Origin: Patescibacteria group bacterium
GTDB taxonomy: Bacteria; Patescibacteriota; Minisyncoccia; UBA6257; UBA9933
Length of the DNA: 64,000 nt
Direction: 5' to 3'
Assembly: GCA_038065955.1 (NCBI GenBank)
Contig: JBBTPY010000008.1
Span: 4,697 to 68,696, forward strand
In this document: positions 19,694-29,165 of the stretch, one piece after another
Layout: every line of letters begins with the position of its first letter
Numbering within the stretch: position 1 is the first letter of the stretch
The notes under the pieces: generated by a model
What the model saw: only the letters and a program-made list of their open reading frames with translations
Databases searched by the model: none
Told to the model about the DNA's origin: nothing
Program-made: the position numbers and the translations under genes

Positions 19694-19801
19694 AATAAAA
19701 TCTTATTTTAATTAATTTTTAAGTCAAATGCCGAAAGTTTTAAAATTGGGGATTATTTGTGGATAACTGCGAATATATGATATATGATATAATTAAAAAC
19801 A
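19694..19801. other. putative oriC/dnaA promoter region
   Basis: Divergent intergenic region at the global gene-orientation switch; perfect DnaA box TGTGGATAA (19758..19766); AT-rich flank ATATATGATATATGATATAAT. Confidence 0.45.
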
Positions 19802-21526
19802 ATGATAACCCCGAAATTTATTAAAGATAAATTAATGAAAATTCGGCGTGAAGCCGAGGAAAGAGAAGCGAAGAAAAGGGCGGATAACAACAAACTTCTT
19901 TATTTAAATCTTGCGGCCGCGCCGATTAATATTGAAGCGCTGGCTTTAATCGCCGAAGAAACGGCTAAAGAATTAAAAGCCGCGGCGATAGAAATTAAAG
20001 AAAATAAGCTGGCTTTGGCGGTTTTTGACGCCCAGCTTCCGGCAATTAAAGAATTAATTAAGGGATTAGAAGTAAAAAAATATAAATTATCAATTTTTAT
20101 CGTTTCTTTAAGCAGTCTTAATTACGCCTGGAGTTTTTATAAATTTATTTCAAAAAAACAAAATCAGATCACCGGGAAAATTGAAATTGCTCAAAATAAT
20201 TTTTTGGGATTAAAAAACGGCGCAGTTTCTTTAAATGAATTGAAAAAATCGTTTGGAGCGATGCCTATGAAGGCCGCCAATGTCGCTTCGATTTTGGAAT
20301 TTATTTTTTTCGGCGCTTTGAATAATCGCGCTTCGGATATTCATTTTGAGCCGTCCGAGTCGGTCGTTAAACTTCGGCTGAGAATTGACGGGAATTTACA
20401 CGACATATTTTCCGAGTTTAAAAAAGATTTTTATCTTTATTTGGTCTCCAGAATAAAATTGCTTTCCAATTTAAAAATTAATATCCGGGACGAAGCGCAG
20501 GACGGCCGCTTTACCATAAAATTTCCCAATAAAGAAGTTGAAGTAAGGGTGGCGATAGCGCCTTCGGAATATGGCGAAGTGATTGTAATGCGGCTTTTAG
20601 ACCCGGACGCCATTAATCTTTCTTTGGCGGACATGGGAGCGAGAGAAGACGATTTGGAAATCATTAAAACCGAATTGCGAAGGCCGAACGGCATGATTTT
20701 AAATGCCGGGCCGACCGGTTCCGGAAAAACGACTACGCTTTACGCCTTTTTAAATTATAAAAAAAATTCGGAAATAAAAACAATTACCATTGAAGACCCG
20801 ATTGAATATCATCTTGAAGGCATTGAGCAAACTCAAGTTGACGAAGAATCGGGGTATACTTTCGCCAATGGATTGCGTTCGTTGATGCGCCAGGACCCGG
20901 ACGTAATTTTAGTCGGTGAAATCAGAGATAAAGAGACTGGAGAAATCGGCATTCAAGCAGCTTTAACCGGGCATTTGGTTTTATCAACCATTCACGCCAA
21001 CAGCGCTGCCGGCGCCATTCCCCGGCTTTTGGATTTAGGCGTCAAGCCGTCAAGTATCGGTTCGGCGTTGAATTTAATAATTGCCCAGAGACTTGTCCGC
21101 CGCCTTTGCCAAGACTGCAAAGCGTCTCAAGAAATTAATGAGGAATTTAAAAATAAAATTAAAAAATTTTTAACCAATCTTCCGAAAAGAGTCAATAAAA
21201 ATAATTATAAAGAAATTAAAATTTTTAAACCGGTCGGATGCGATAAATGCAACGGCACCGGTTATAAAGGCAGAATCGCCATTTATGAACTTTTATTGAA
21301 CGACCCGGAATACGAAAAATTATTAGTTGACCCGGAGCATATGATTTTATCATCGCACAAAGAGCTGGAAGAATTAATAATTCAACAAGTAGGAGAATCG
21401 GCCATTAAAAAATTCGCTCTTGAACAAGAAATGACAACGATGAAACAAGATGGAATTTTAAAAATAATTTCCGGGATAACCACAATGGAGGAAGTGGAAG
21501 GAGTGACCGGGCCGATAGAATTATAA
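19802..21526 (+). CDS. GspE/PilB-family secretion ATPase (divergent paralog)
   Basis: 574 aa; Walker A GPTGSGKTTT, Asp box, His box, C-terminal tetra-Cys (CQDC...CDKCNGTG). Confidence 0.75.
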   Translation: MITPKFIKDKLMKIRREAEEREAKKRADNNKLLYLNLAAAPINIEALALIAEETAKELKAAAIEIKENKLALAVFDAQLPAIKELIKGLEVKKYKLSIFIVSLSSLNYAWSFYKFISKKQNQITGKIEIAQNNFLGLKNGAVSLNELKKSFGAMPMKAANVASILEFIFFGALNNRASDIHFEPSESVVKLRLRIDGNLHDIFSEFKKDFYLYLVSRIKLLSNLKINIRDEAQDGRFTIKFPNKEVEVRVAIAPSEYGEVIVMRLLDPDAINLSLADMGAREDDLEIIKTELRRPNGMILNAGPTGSGKTTTLYAFLNYKKNSEIKTITIEDPIEYHLEGIEQTQVDEESGYTFANGLRSLMRQDPDVILVGEIRDKETGEIGIQAALTGHLVLSTIHANSAAGAIPRLLDLGVKPSSIGSALNLIIAQRLVRRLCQDCKASQEINEEFKNKIKKFLTNLPKRVNKNNYKEIKIFKPVGCDKCNGTGYKGRIAIYELLLNDPEYEKLLVDPEHMILSSHKELEELIIQQVGESAIKKFALEQEMTTMKQDGILKIISGITTMEEVEGVTGPIEL

Positions 21527-21543
21527 AATAAACAAAAACCGCC

Positions 21544-21666
21544 TAATTCTGTGGGCACATTCTTTTACTCTTAAAAAATAAGAGGTTTAGAATTATTCTG
21601 AGGATAAGCTCAGCCGAAACCAAGCCGTCCGAAGCTGAAAATAATTCCTGGTTGCCCACAGGATTA
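21544..21666 (+). ncRNA. candidate structured RNA / cis-regulatory element upstream of ruvB
   Basis: 14-bp closing inverted repeat UAAUUCUGUGGGCA...UGCCCACAGGAUUA (one G-U) enclosing ~95 nt with several internal hairpins. Confidence 0.2.
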
Positions 21667-21701
21667 GACAGTCTTTCTTTATATAGCACACTTTTAATTA
21701 A

Positions 21702-22712
21702 ATGTCAATAGAAAAGAAGTTATTAAAAATAAATAAAGAAGATAAGCATTTGGATGCCGTTTTAAGGCCTATTTCCTGGGATGATTACGTTGGCCAAGGA
21801 AAAATCAAAAAAGGACTGCGGATGATTTTAGGCGCCGCTAGAAAAAGAAACGAATCAAGCGACCATTTGTTATTTTGCGGCCAGCCCGGTCTGGGGAAAA
21901 CCACGTTGGCTTATTTAACCGCCAAAGAAATGGGCGGCGGCCTAAAAACTCTTTCCGCTCCAAGCGTGGAGCGAATAGGAGATTTGGCGGCCGCTCTTTC
22001 AAATTTGGAAAATCGCGACATTCTTTTTATTGACGAAGCGCACCGGTTGAAATCTCATCTTGAAGAAGCTCTTTATTCAGCGATTGACGCCGGTAAAATT
22101 TATATACCGATAGGTAAGGGGCCGTCAAGCAGGGTTATTTCTTTGGATTTGCCGTCTTTCACTTTAATCGCCGCCACTACCAGGATTAATTTAATTTCTC
22201 CGCCCTTGCGTTCCCGGTTTGGAGCGATTTTCCGGCTGGATTATTATGAAATTGACGATATTTCTGCAATTATCCGGCGTTCGGCTGAAATTCTCGGGAT
22301 TAAAATAACGCCGGCCGCGGTTTTATTGATAGCCAAAGCTTCTCATTTTACTCCGCGCATGGCCAATCGCTTATTGAAGCGCTCCAGAGATTTTGTTGAA
22401 ATGAATAATTTAAAAATAGTGGACGAAAAAACGGTTTTGGAAACTTTTGATATTTTAGAGATTGACGAAGTTGGGTTGGAATCGCACGACCGCCGTTTGA
22501 TGGAAATTATTATTAAAAAATTCCGCGGCGGACCGGTCGGCATTAGCGCTCTTTCTTCAACGCTGGGTGAAGAAAAAGACGCGATAGAAGAAATTTACGA
22601 GCCATATTTGGTAAAAATAGGTTTTCTTCATAGAACGCCGAAGGGAAGAATGGCCTCCAAAGAAGCGAAAGAGTGGCTGGAAAATAAAAAAAATGGAATT
22701 CAAAATTCTTAA
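21702..22712 (+). CDS. ruvB: Holliday junction branch migration ATPase RuvB
   Basis: LRPISWDDYVGQ.., Walker A GQPGLGKTTLA, sensor motifs. Confidence 0.9.
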   Translation: MSIEKKLLKINKEDKHLDAVLRPISWDDYVGQGKIKKGLRMILGAARKRNESSDHLLFCGQPGLGKTTLAYLTAKEMGGGLKTLSAPSVERIGDLAAALSNLENRDILFIDEAHRLKSHLEEALYSAIDAGKIYIPIGKGPSSRVISLDLPSFTLIAATTRINLISPPLRSRFGAIFRLDYYEIDDISAIIRRSAEILGIKITPAAVLLIAKASHFTPRMANRLLKRSRDFVEMNNLKIVDEKTVLETFDILEIDEVGLESHDRRLMEIIIKKFRGGPVGISALSSTLGEEKDAIEEIYEPYLVKIGFLHRTPKGRMASKEAKEWLENKKNGIQNS

Positions 22713-23841
22713 AAAATCAAAAATCAGCCGGGCGCGGCTGGGGATTTTGAAAACTTCATCCGGCGAAATTGAAACGCCGGCTTTCGTTCCCGTGGCAACT
22801 CAAGCAGTGGTAAAAACTCTTACCAGCGAAGAAGCGGAGGCGGCCAAATGCCGAATTTTGATTGCCAATACCTTTCATCTTCATCTGAAACCTGGCGAAA
22901 AAATCGTCAAAAACAGCGGTGGCTTGCATAAATTTATGAATTGGCCGAGACCGTTAATGACCGATTCCGGCGGTTTTCAGGTTTTTAGTTTGGGATTCGG
23001 CAGAGATTTTGGGGTCGGGAAAATTATAAAGAATAATGCGGATAATGCCGATAGAAAAACAGTCGGCGTCGGCCAACAGCCGAAACAGTTAAAAATTACC
23101 GAAGATGGCGTAATTTTCAGGTCGCCGATTGACGGGAAAGAATTATTTTTAGGGCCGAAAGAATCAATCGGGATTCAGGAAAATTTAGGCGCGGATATTA
23201 TTTTCGCTTTTGACGAATGTCCGCCGCCGAACGCAGATTACGAATACAATAAATTGGCGATGAGACGGACGCATCGCTGGGCGGTTCAATCGCTCAAAGC
23301 TAAAAAATTAAAAACTCAAAGTTTATTCGGCATTGTTCAGGGCGGTAAATTTAAAGACTTGAGAATTGAAAGTGCGAAATTCATCGGTTCGCAGCCATTT
23401 GACGGTTTCGGCATCGGCGGCGAATTCGGCGACAATAAAAAAACAATGGAGAAAATGGTTGGTTGGATTATTGAAAATCTCCCGGGAGGCAAGCCCCGCC
23501 ATTTACTCGGCATTGGTTATCCGGAGGATATTCCAAAAATCATTAAAGCCGGCATAGACACTTTTGATTGCGTCGCGCCGACTCATTACGCCCGCAGAGG
23601 AATCGCTTTTATCCCGTCGGGAAAATTAGACTTAAATAAATCGTTTTTTTTAAAAGATAAAAATCCTTTAGATAAAAAATGCGGCTGTTTCGTTTGTCAG
23701 AACTATCGCCGCAATTATATTTCCCATCTTTTGCGCGCCAAAGAAATCACGGCGTTAAAACTTTTAACCTTCCACAATCTTTATTTTTTTAATTCACTGG
23801 TTGAAAAAATCAGAAAACAAATGAAAAAGGGGGAAATTTAA
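22693..23841 (+). CDS. tgt: queuine tRNA-ribosyltransferase
   Basis: TIM-barrel motifs (MTDSGGFQVFSL, LGIG) and zinc site CxCxxC...H (CGCFVCQNY..H); 20-nt overlap with ruvB. Confidence 0.85.
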   Translation: MEFKILKKSKISRARLGILKTSSGEIETPAFVPVATQAVVKTLTSEEAEAAKCRILIANTFHLHLKPGEKIVKNSGGLHKFMNWPRPLMTDSGGFQVFSLGFGRDFGVGKIIKNNADNADRKTVGVGQQPKQLKITEDGVIFRSPIDGKELFLGPKESIGIQENLGADIIFAFDECPPPNADYEYNKLAMRRTHRWAVQSLKAKKLKTQSLFGIVQGGKFKDLRIESAKFIGSQPFDGFGIGGEFGDNKKTMEKMVGWIIENLPGGKPRHLLGIGYPEDIPKIIKAGIDTFDCVAPTHYARRGIAFIPSGKLDLNKSFFLKDKNPLDKKCGCFVCQNYRRNYISHLLRAKEITALKLLTFHNLYFFNSLVEKIRKQMKKGEI

Positions 23842-23876
23842 ATAGTGTCTGAAAATAAACAGGCTTTTTAGAACTG

Positions 23877-23956
23877 TTTTACAGGAGAACATTTAATGAT
23901 TTAATGTTTCAGCCAATTTCGGTTATTTCAACGATCGTTGAAATAACCGAAATTGA
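23877..23956 (+). repeat. ~75-bp repeated element, copy 1 (contains 40-bp perfect palindrome 23915..23954)
   Basis: TTTTACAGGAGAACATTTAATG(atttaatg)TTTCAGCCAATTTCGGTTATTTCAACGATCGTTGAAATAACCGAAATTGAT; near-identical to 47702..47774. Confidence 0.7.
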
Positions 23957-24099
23957 TATGATATAATTAGTTATTTCTTATATCGTTCCATTAGTCATTT
24001 TTTGCCTCTTTTGCCTCGCTCCAGCGGCTCGGCAGAACTTGACTCTCGTCCCCATACCAAACGAAGTTATGGTGTGGGGACGAGGCGGCAGAGTGAAAT

Positions 24100-24816
24100 T
24101 TAAGCTTTAGCAAGAACTAAGGCGATGATTCTTTTGGCGCCGGCTTCTTTAAGGATTTTCACCGCTTCGTTCATTGTGGCGCCGGAAGTGAAGACATCGT
24201 CCATTAAAATAATATTTTTATTTTTAACCAGCTCCGGGTTCGTTATTTCAAAACATCCTTCAATGTTTTTTATTCTTTCTTCGCCGTTTTTGATTTGAGC
24301 CTGGGGTTTGATATTTTTTATTTTTTTTAAGGCAGCGGCAAGCTCTATATTTAATTTTTGGCCGACAAATTCGGCTAAAAGTTTTGCCTGATTAAAACCG
24401 CGCTTTCTTTCCTTGTTGGGATAAAGAGGAATGGGGACGATAATAAAGTTTAAAAGTTTTAAGTTTAAAAGTTTTAAGTAATTCAAAAGTATTTTTCCTA
24501 AGAGCGGGGTTAAGTTTTTAAAATTTTTATATTTATAATAATGAATCAAGTTTTTTAAGACGGGGTCGTCGTAAGAGCCGGCGGCCAAAAGAAGATAAGA
24601 AAATCGCTGTCGGCCGTGTCGGCAGATTTTGTTTTCCGCCAAGCGTTTGCGGCAAACCGGGCAAAACGGCGCGCTGTTTAATTTAATCGCGCCGAAGCAA
24701 TCGCCGCAGAGAAATTTATTACCAGAAACATTCAAATATTTCTGGCAATGAAGACAAAACGGCGGAAAGAAAATATCTAACAGAATATTTTTCGCTTTGA
24801 TTAAAAAATAAAACAT
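24100..24816 (-). CDS. comF: ComF-family protein (ComFC; double zinc ribbon + phosphoribosyltransferase domain)
   Basis: N-terminal CxxC x4 (CLHC..CGDC..CPVC), C-terminal PRTase motif ILMDDVFTSGAT; contains 15-nt perfect tandem duplication. Confidence 0.7.
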   Translation of the reverse strand: MFYFLIKAKNILLDIFFPPFCLHCQKYLNVSGNKFLCGDCFGAIKLNSAPFCPVCRKRLAENKICRHGRQRFSYLLLAAGSYDDPVLKNLIHYYKYKNFKNLTPLLGKILLNYLKLLNLKLLNFIIVPIPLYPNKERKRGFNQAKLLAEFVGQKLNIELAAALKKIKNIKPQAQIKNGEERIKNIEGCFEITNPELVKNKNIILMDDVFTSGATMNEAVKILKEAGAKRIIALVLAKA

Positions 24817-24835
24817 ATTATAATTATATCAAATT

Positions 24836-25894
24836 ATGACTCGCTTTTTTCCTTCAAGTTCAATTTTGGGCGTTGATATCGGGACTTCTTCCATAAAAAT
24901 CGCCGAAATAGAAAAAGATTCGCCGAAGCCGCGGCTGAAAAATTACGGCGTCTTGGACACTTACGAACATTTAAGCAGGCCCAACAGCGCCATTCAGACA
25001 AACTCTTTAAAAATCGCCGAAAAAGACACGGCCGAATTGCTGAAAAAACTTATTAAAGAAGCGGGATTCGGCGCCAAAGAGGCCGTTGCTTCAATCCCTT
25101 CGTTTTCGGTTTTTACCACTTTATTGGAAATTCCGAAAATGTCCGATATAGATATCAATAAGACGATGTCTTTTCAAGTGCGCCAACATATTCCTTTGCC
25201 GGTTTCAGAAGTTGAAATAGAGTGGCTTAAAGTGGGCGAGCGCGAAGAAGAAACCGGCGCCGTTCAACAGATTTTTATTATTTCTATCCCGAAAGAAATT
25301 ATTAAAAGGTATCAAAATATTTTTGCTTTGGCCGGATTGAATCTCGAGGCGCTGGAATTGGAAAGTTTAAGTCTTATTAGGGCGTTAATAAACAATTCGG
25401 CTTCTCAATTAGTTGTTGATATTGGCGCTCTTTCCACCAATATTTTAATTTCAGACAACGGCTTTTTGAAAGCGAATGTTTTCAGCGATTTTGGCGGCGC
25501 CGCGCTTACTAGAAGCATTGCCAACGGTTTGGGCATTTCTTTTAAGCGCGCCGAAGAATTAAAAAAACAAAAAGGGCTTACGGCTTCCGGCGGCGATTAT
25601 GAGTTATCCACATTGCCGCAAGTTTTTTTGGATGCTATTATTAAAGAAACGGCGAAAGCGAAAGAAAATCATGAAAAGAACGGCGGCCGGAAAATAGAGC
25701 GAATAATTTTGGCTGGCGGCGGAGCGAAACTCGCCGGTATCGCGGAATATTTCGGCGGGCAAATGGGATTGCCGGCGAGTATCGGAAATTCTTTGTCGGC
25801 TGTCGCCTATCGGCCGGAGATTGAATTATTGGTTAAAGATTTGGGGCCGGAATTGGCGGTGGCAATCGGTTTGGGAATTAAAAATTTTATATAG
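24836..25894 (+). CDS. pilM: type IV pilus assembly protein PilM (actin-like ATPase fold)
   Basis: ILGVDIGTSSIKIAEI N-terminus, actin/FtsA-like fold signatures. Confidence 0.75.
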   Translation: MTRFFPSSSILGVDIGTSSIKIAEIEKDSPKPRLKNYGVLDTYEHLSRPNSAIQTNSLKIAEKDTAELLKKLIKEAGFGAKEAVASIPSFSVFTTLLEIPKMSDIDINKTMSFQVRQHIPLPVSEVEIEWLKVGEREEETGAVQQIFIISIPKEIIKRYQNIFALAGLNLEALELESLSLIRALINNSASQLVVDIGALSTNILISDNGFLKANVFSDFGGAALTRSIANGLGISFKRAEELKKQKGLTASGGDYELSTLPQVFLDAIIKETAKAKENHEKNGGRKIERIILAGGGAKLAGIAEYFGGQMGLPASIGNSLSAVAYRPEIELLVKDLGPELAVAIGLGIKNFI

Positions 25895-25923
25895 ACATAT
25901 AAACACATAAATATATAGATATT

Positions 25924-26484
25924 ATGCCTTATCAAGCCGCATTAGAAGAAAAATTTAAAATAAAAGACCGGCTGTTAGTCGTTTGGCCGTGGCGGATTTT
26001 TATTTTTTCTTTAATCGCTTTTATTTTATCAACGGCCGTTTTTCTGGTGACGGCTTTTAGTTTTAAACCTTATTTGAATAATCGCGTCAAAGATTGGAAC
26101 GATAAAATTTCCAATCTTAATCAATCAATTGATGAATCCCAGCAAAAGCAATTGGGCGTCGTTTATTCTCAATTCGTCAATATCAAGAATTTGGCCGACA
26201 ATCACAAGGCGGTTTTCAAAATTTTTGATTTAATTGAAAAAAATACTTATCCGACCGTAAGCTACAGTGGCTTATCGGTGAGCGTTGGCGAGCGAGAAGC
26301 GCGATTTGAAGGCGTGGCGCCGGATTATGAAACTTTGATTAAGGAATTAAAGCTTTTTTCTCAGGCGCCGGAGATAGAGCGGGTTTTTTTGGAAAATTCA
26401 AATTTAACCGACCTTGGTAAAGGAATAAAGGAATTAAAATTTAAAATCAGGTTAATTTTAACCCCGCAATTTTTGAAGTTATAA
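25924..26484 (+). CDS. pilN: PilN-like pilus assembly protein
   Basis: 186 aa, single N-terminal TM then coiled-coil/periplasmic domain; position after pilM. Confidence 0.5.
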   Translation: MPYQAALEEKFKIKDRLLVVWPWRIFIFSLIAFILSTAVFLVTAFSFKPYLNNRVKDWNDKISNLNQSIDESQQKQLGVVYSQFVNIKNLADNHKAVFKIFDLIEKNTYPTVSYSGLSVSVGEREARFEGVAPDYETLIKELKLFSQAPEIERVFLENSNLTDLGKGIKELKFKIRLILTPQFLKL

Positions 26485-26489
26485 ACTTT

Positions 26490-27047
26490 ATGATAAAAGT
26501 TTCCAGTAAAAGAATTATTATAATAATATTAACCGCTTTATTTTTAATAGGTTCGGTTGTCGTTTATAAATTTTTGACAAAGCCGGCTTACGAAGAAATT
26601 TTAAATTTAAGAGGGAAGATTTCTTCTCTCGAGGAAACGTTTGATTCTTACGAGTCTTTTAAAAAACAGGCGGACAATTTGCTTTCTCAATATCAGGACT
26701 TGACGAACATAGAAAATCAATTTTCGCTGATTTTGCCGTCAAAGCCCGATATTTCATACGCAATCGGTCAAATAAACGGCCTTGCCAGATTGTCCGGTAT
26801 GGAATTACAGTCAATAAATATCAGGCCATTGGCGATAAAGCCGTCTTCCCAGAAAATGGCGAAAGGATTGGGGATTTTAAGACTGGAGCTTCGTTTGGCC
26901 GGCGGCTATGACGGTTTTAAATCTTTTTTGAAAGACGTTGAAAACAATATTATGATTTCCGAACCGATAAATTTCAGAATAGAAAAGCAGGCGCGGCCGG
27001 AATTGTTATACACAATGACGATAGACACATATTATCAAGCGGAGTAA
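26490..27047 (+). CDS. pilO: PilO-like pilus assembly protein
   Basis: 185 aa, N-terminal TM, coiled coil; synteny pilM-pilN-pilO. Confidence 0.5.
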   Translation: MIKVSSKRIIIIILTALFLIGSVVVYKFLTKPAYEEILNLRGKISSLEETFDSYESFKKQADNLLSQYQDLTNIENQFSLILPSKPDISYAIGQINGLARLSGMELQSINIRPLAIKPSSQKMAKGLGILRLELRLAGGYDGFKSFLKDVENNIMISEPINFRIEKQARPELLYTMTIDTYYQAE

Positions 27048-27058
27048 AAATTTGAATT

Positions 27059-27343
27059 ATGGCTATTATTTTTGAAGAAGAAAAAAAGAAAATAAATTGG
27101 TTTGCCATTGGAATTATTCTGGCAATTTTGGCGGTGTTGGCCGCGGCGGTTTATTATTTGTTTATCGTTAATCCGGCTTCGGTTGAGGTAATAGTTCCGG
27201 CTGGATTAAAAAATCTTAAAGAAACGGTTCAAATAAAATTTGACCCGCAGGAGATTTTTGAAAATCCGGTTGTTAAAAATCTGCAGAAATACGAGCCGTC
27301 AATAACGCCAGAGCAGGCTTTTAATCCGAACCCGTTTAGATAA
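27059..27343 (+). CDS. small membrane-anchored protein in pilus locus
   Basis: 94 aa, one TM (WFAIGIILAILAVLAAAVYYLFIV). Confidence 0.35.
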   Translation: MAIIFEEEKKKINWFAIGIILAILAVLAAAVYYLFIVNPASVEVIVPAGLKNLKETVQIKFDPQEIFENPVVKNLQKYEPSITPEQAFNPNPFR

Positions 27344-27350
27344 TAGGTAA

Positions 27351-29045
27351 ATGGACAATAAAAATCTTCTTCAAGAAATTGTTAAACAGAATTTTCTTTC
27401 GGACGAGGTTTCCAAGAAACTTCTACAGGAAGCGGCTTTGGTCCGCAAAAGCGTTGAAGATTTGATTTACGAGCGCCGACTGGTTTCCGAAGACAAAATG
27501 GCTTCGGTTAAAAGCCAAATTCTCGGCGTTCCTTATAAAAAAATTAAAGTTGAGGAAATCGGCGATGAAGTTTTAAAATTGGTTCCGGAAGAAACGGTTC
27601 GCAATTATAAAGTGGTGCCTATCAGCCGTTCGGCCGATTTATTGACTGTTGGGATGCTTAACCCCGATGATTCAAAAGCTCAGGAAGCGATAAAGTTTAT
27701 CGCCAAGCAATCGCGGATAAACTTGGGAGTTTATTTGGTCTCGCCTTCTTTATGGGAGGAAGTTTTAAGGCGTTATTCGCCTTATCGCAGCGAAATTGAG
27801 GCTGCGGTGAAATCTTTAAATTTTAAATCAATTAAAGACGAGCGGCGGATTGTTCAACTTGAAGAAGGGGCCGCGGTTTCCGAAGAGGCGCCGATTATCA
27901 GAATAGTCGCTTCCACTTTAAAAGAAGCGGTTTGGCAAAAGGCTTCGGACATTCATATTGAACCACAGAGAAACCGGCTAAGAATCAGATTTCGGATTGA
28001 CGGGGAACTTCAAGAAGTTTCTTCGATGCCCTTGGAGCTCCATCAACCGATTGTTTCCCGCGTTAAAGTGCTTTCTAATTTAAAAATTGATGAAAAACGG
28101 ATTCCTCAAGACGGCCGTTTCCGGACCGTTCTTTTTGGCCGTGATATTGATTTTCGGGTCGCCACTTTTCCGACGCCGGTCGGCGAAAAAGCGGCTGTTC
28201 GGGTTTTAGACCCCACTACCGGATTAAAAGGTTTGGAAGATTTAGGGTTAATCGGTTCAAATTATCAAACGGTAAAATCCGCCATTGAAAAACCTTATGG
28301 AATGATTTTAATCACCGGCCCGACCGGTTCCGGAAAAACAACCACGCTTTACGCCGTAATGAATGATTTGAACAAAGACGGCGTCAACATCGTCAGCTTA
28401 GAAGACCCGGTGGAATATTTTATTGACGGATTAAACCAGTCGCAGGTTAAGCCGGAAATAGGTTATGATTTCGCTTCCGGTCTTCGCCAGATTCTTCGTC
28501 AGGACCCGGATGTGATTATGGTTGGAGAAATCCGAGACGAGGAAACCGCCGGTCTGGCCGTTCACGCGGCTCTTACCGGTCATATCGTTCTTTCAACTCT
28601 TCATACTAATAACGCTTTGGGCGTTATTCCGCGGCTGATTGATATGAAAGTGGAGCCGTTTTTAATCCCTTCTTCTTTGAATTTAATGGCGGCCCAGCGT
28701 TTAGTCCCGCGGCTTTGCCAAAAATGCCGAAAGCCGGTTGAGCCGCCGGCTGAAATTAAGGAGATTATCAAAAAAGAAACAGGTAAAATAGATTTTCAAA
28801 TTTATCGCTCCGCCGGATGTGAAGCTTGCAAAGGGAAAGGGTTCAGCGGCCGGGTGGCCTTATTTGAAGTTTTAAAAATGACGCCGGAGCTTGAAAATAT
28901 TGTTAACAGCGGGGCGACCGAAGCGAAAATTTCAGAAGAAGCGAAAAGGCAGGGGATGATTACTTTGCGCCAAGACGGAATTTTGAAAGCGCTGGAAGGA
29001 TTAATTTCAATTGAAGAAGTATTGAGAGAAACGGCGGAGATGTAA
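27351..29045 (+). CDS. pilB: type IV pilus assembly ATPase PilB
   Basis: 564 aa; N-terminal GSPII_E_N-like domain, Walker A GPTGSGKTTT, tetra-Cys CQKC...CEAC. Confidence 0.85.
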   Translation: MDNKNLLQEIVKQNFLSDEVSKKLLQEAALVRKSVEDLIYERRLVSEDKMASVKSQILGVPYKKIKVEEIGDEVLKLVPEETVRNYKVVPISRSADLLTVGMLNPDDSKAQEAIKFIAKQSRINLGVYLVSPSLWEEVLRRYSPYRSEIEAAVKSLNFKSIKDERRIVQLEEGAAVSEEAPIIRIVASTLKEAVWQKASDIHIEPQRNRLRIRFRIDGELQEVSSMPLELHQPIVSRVKVLSNLKIDEKRIPQDGRFRTVLFGRDIDFRVATFPTPVGEKAAVRVLDPTTGLKGLEDLGLIGSNYQTVKSAIEKPYGMILITGPTGSGKTTTLYAVMNDLNKDGVNIVSLEDPVEYFIDGLNQSQVKPEIGYDFASGLRQILRQDPDVIMVGEIRDEETAGLAVHAALTGHIVLSTLHTNNALGVIPRLIDMKVEPFLIPSSLNLMAAQRLVPRLCQKCRKPVEPPAEIKEIIKKETGKIDFQIYRSAGCEACKGKGFSGRVALFEVLKMTPELENIVNSGATEAKISEEAKRQGMITLRQDGILKALEGLISIEEVLRETAEM

Positions 29046-29165
29046 AGAGTTTTATTGAAAAATTAAAACCGAAAGTGTATAATTTTTCATAATAAAACAT
29101 TTACTCAGCTCATAATTGTAGTGAATTTTTTTCACTATAATATAAGCTCAAAAATTTCAATAATT

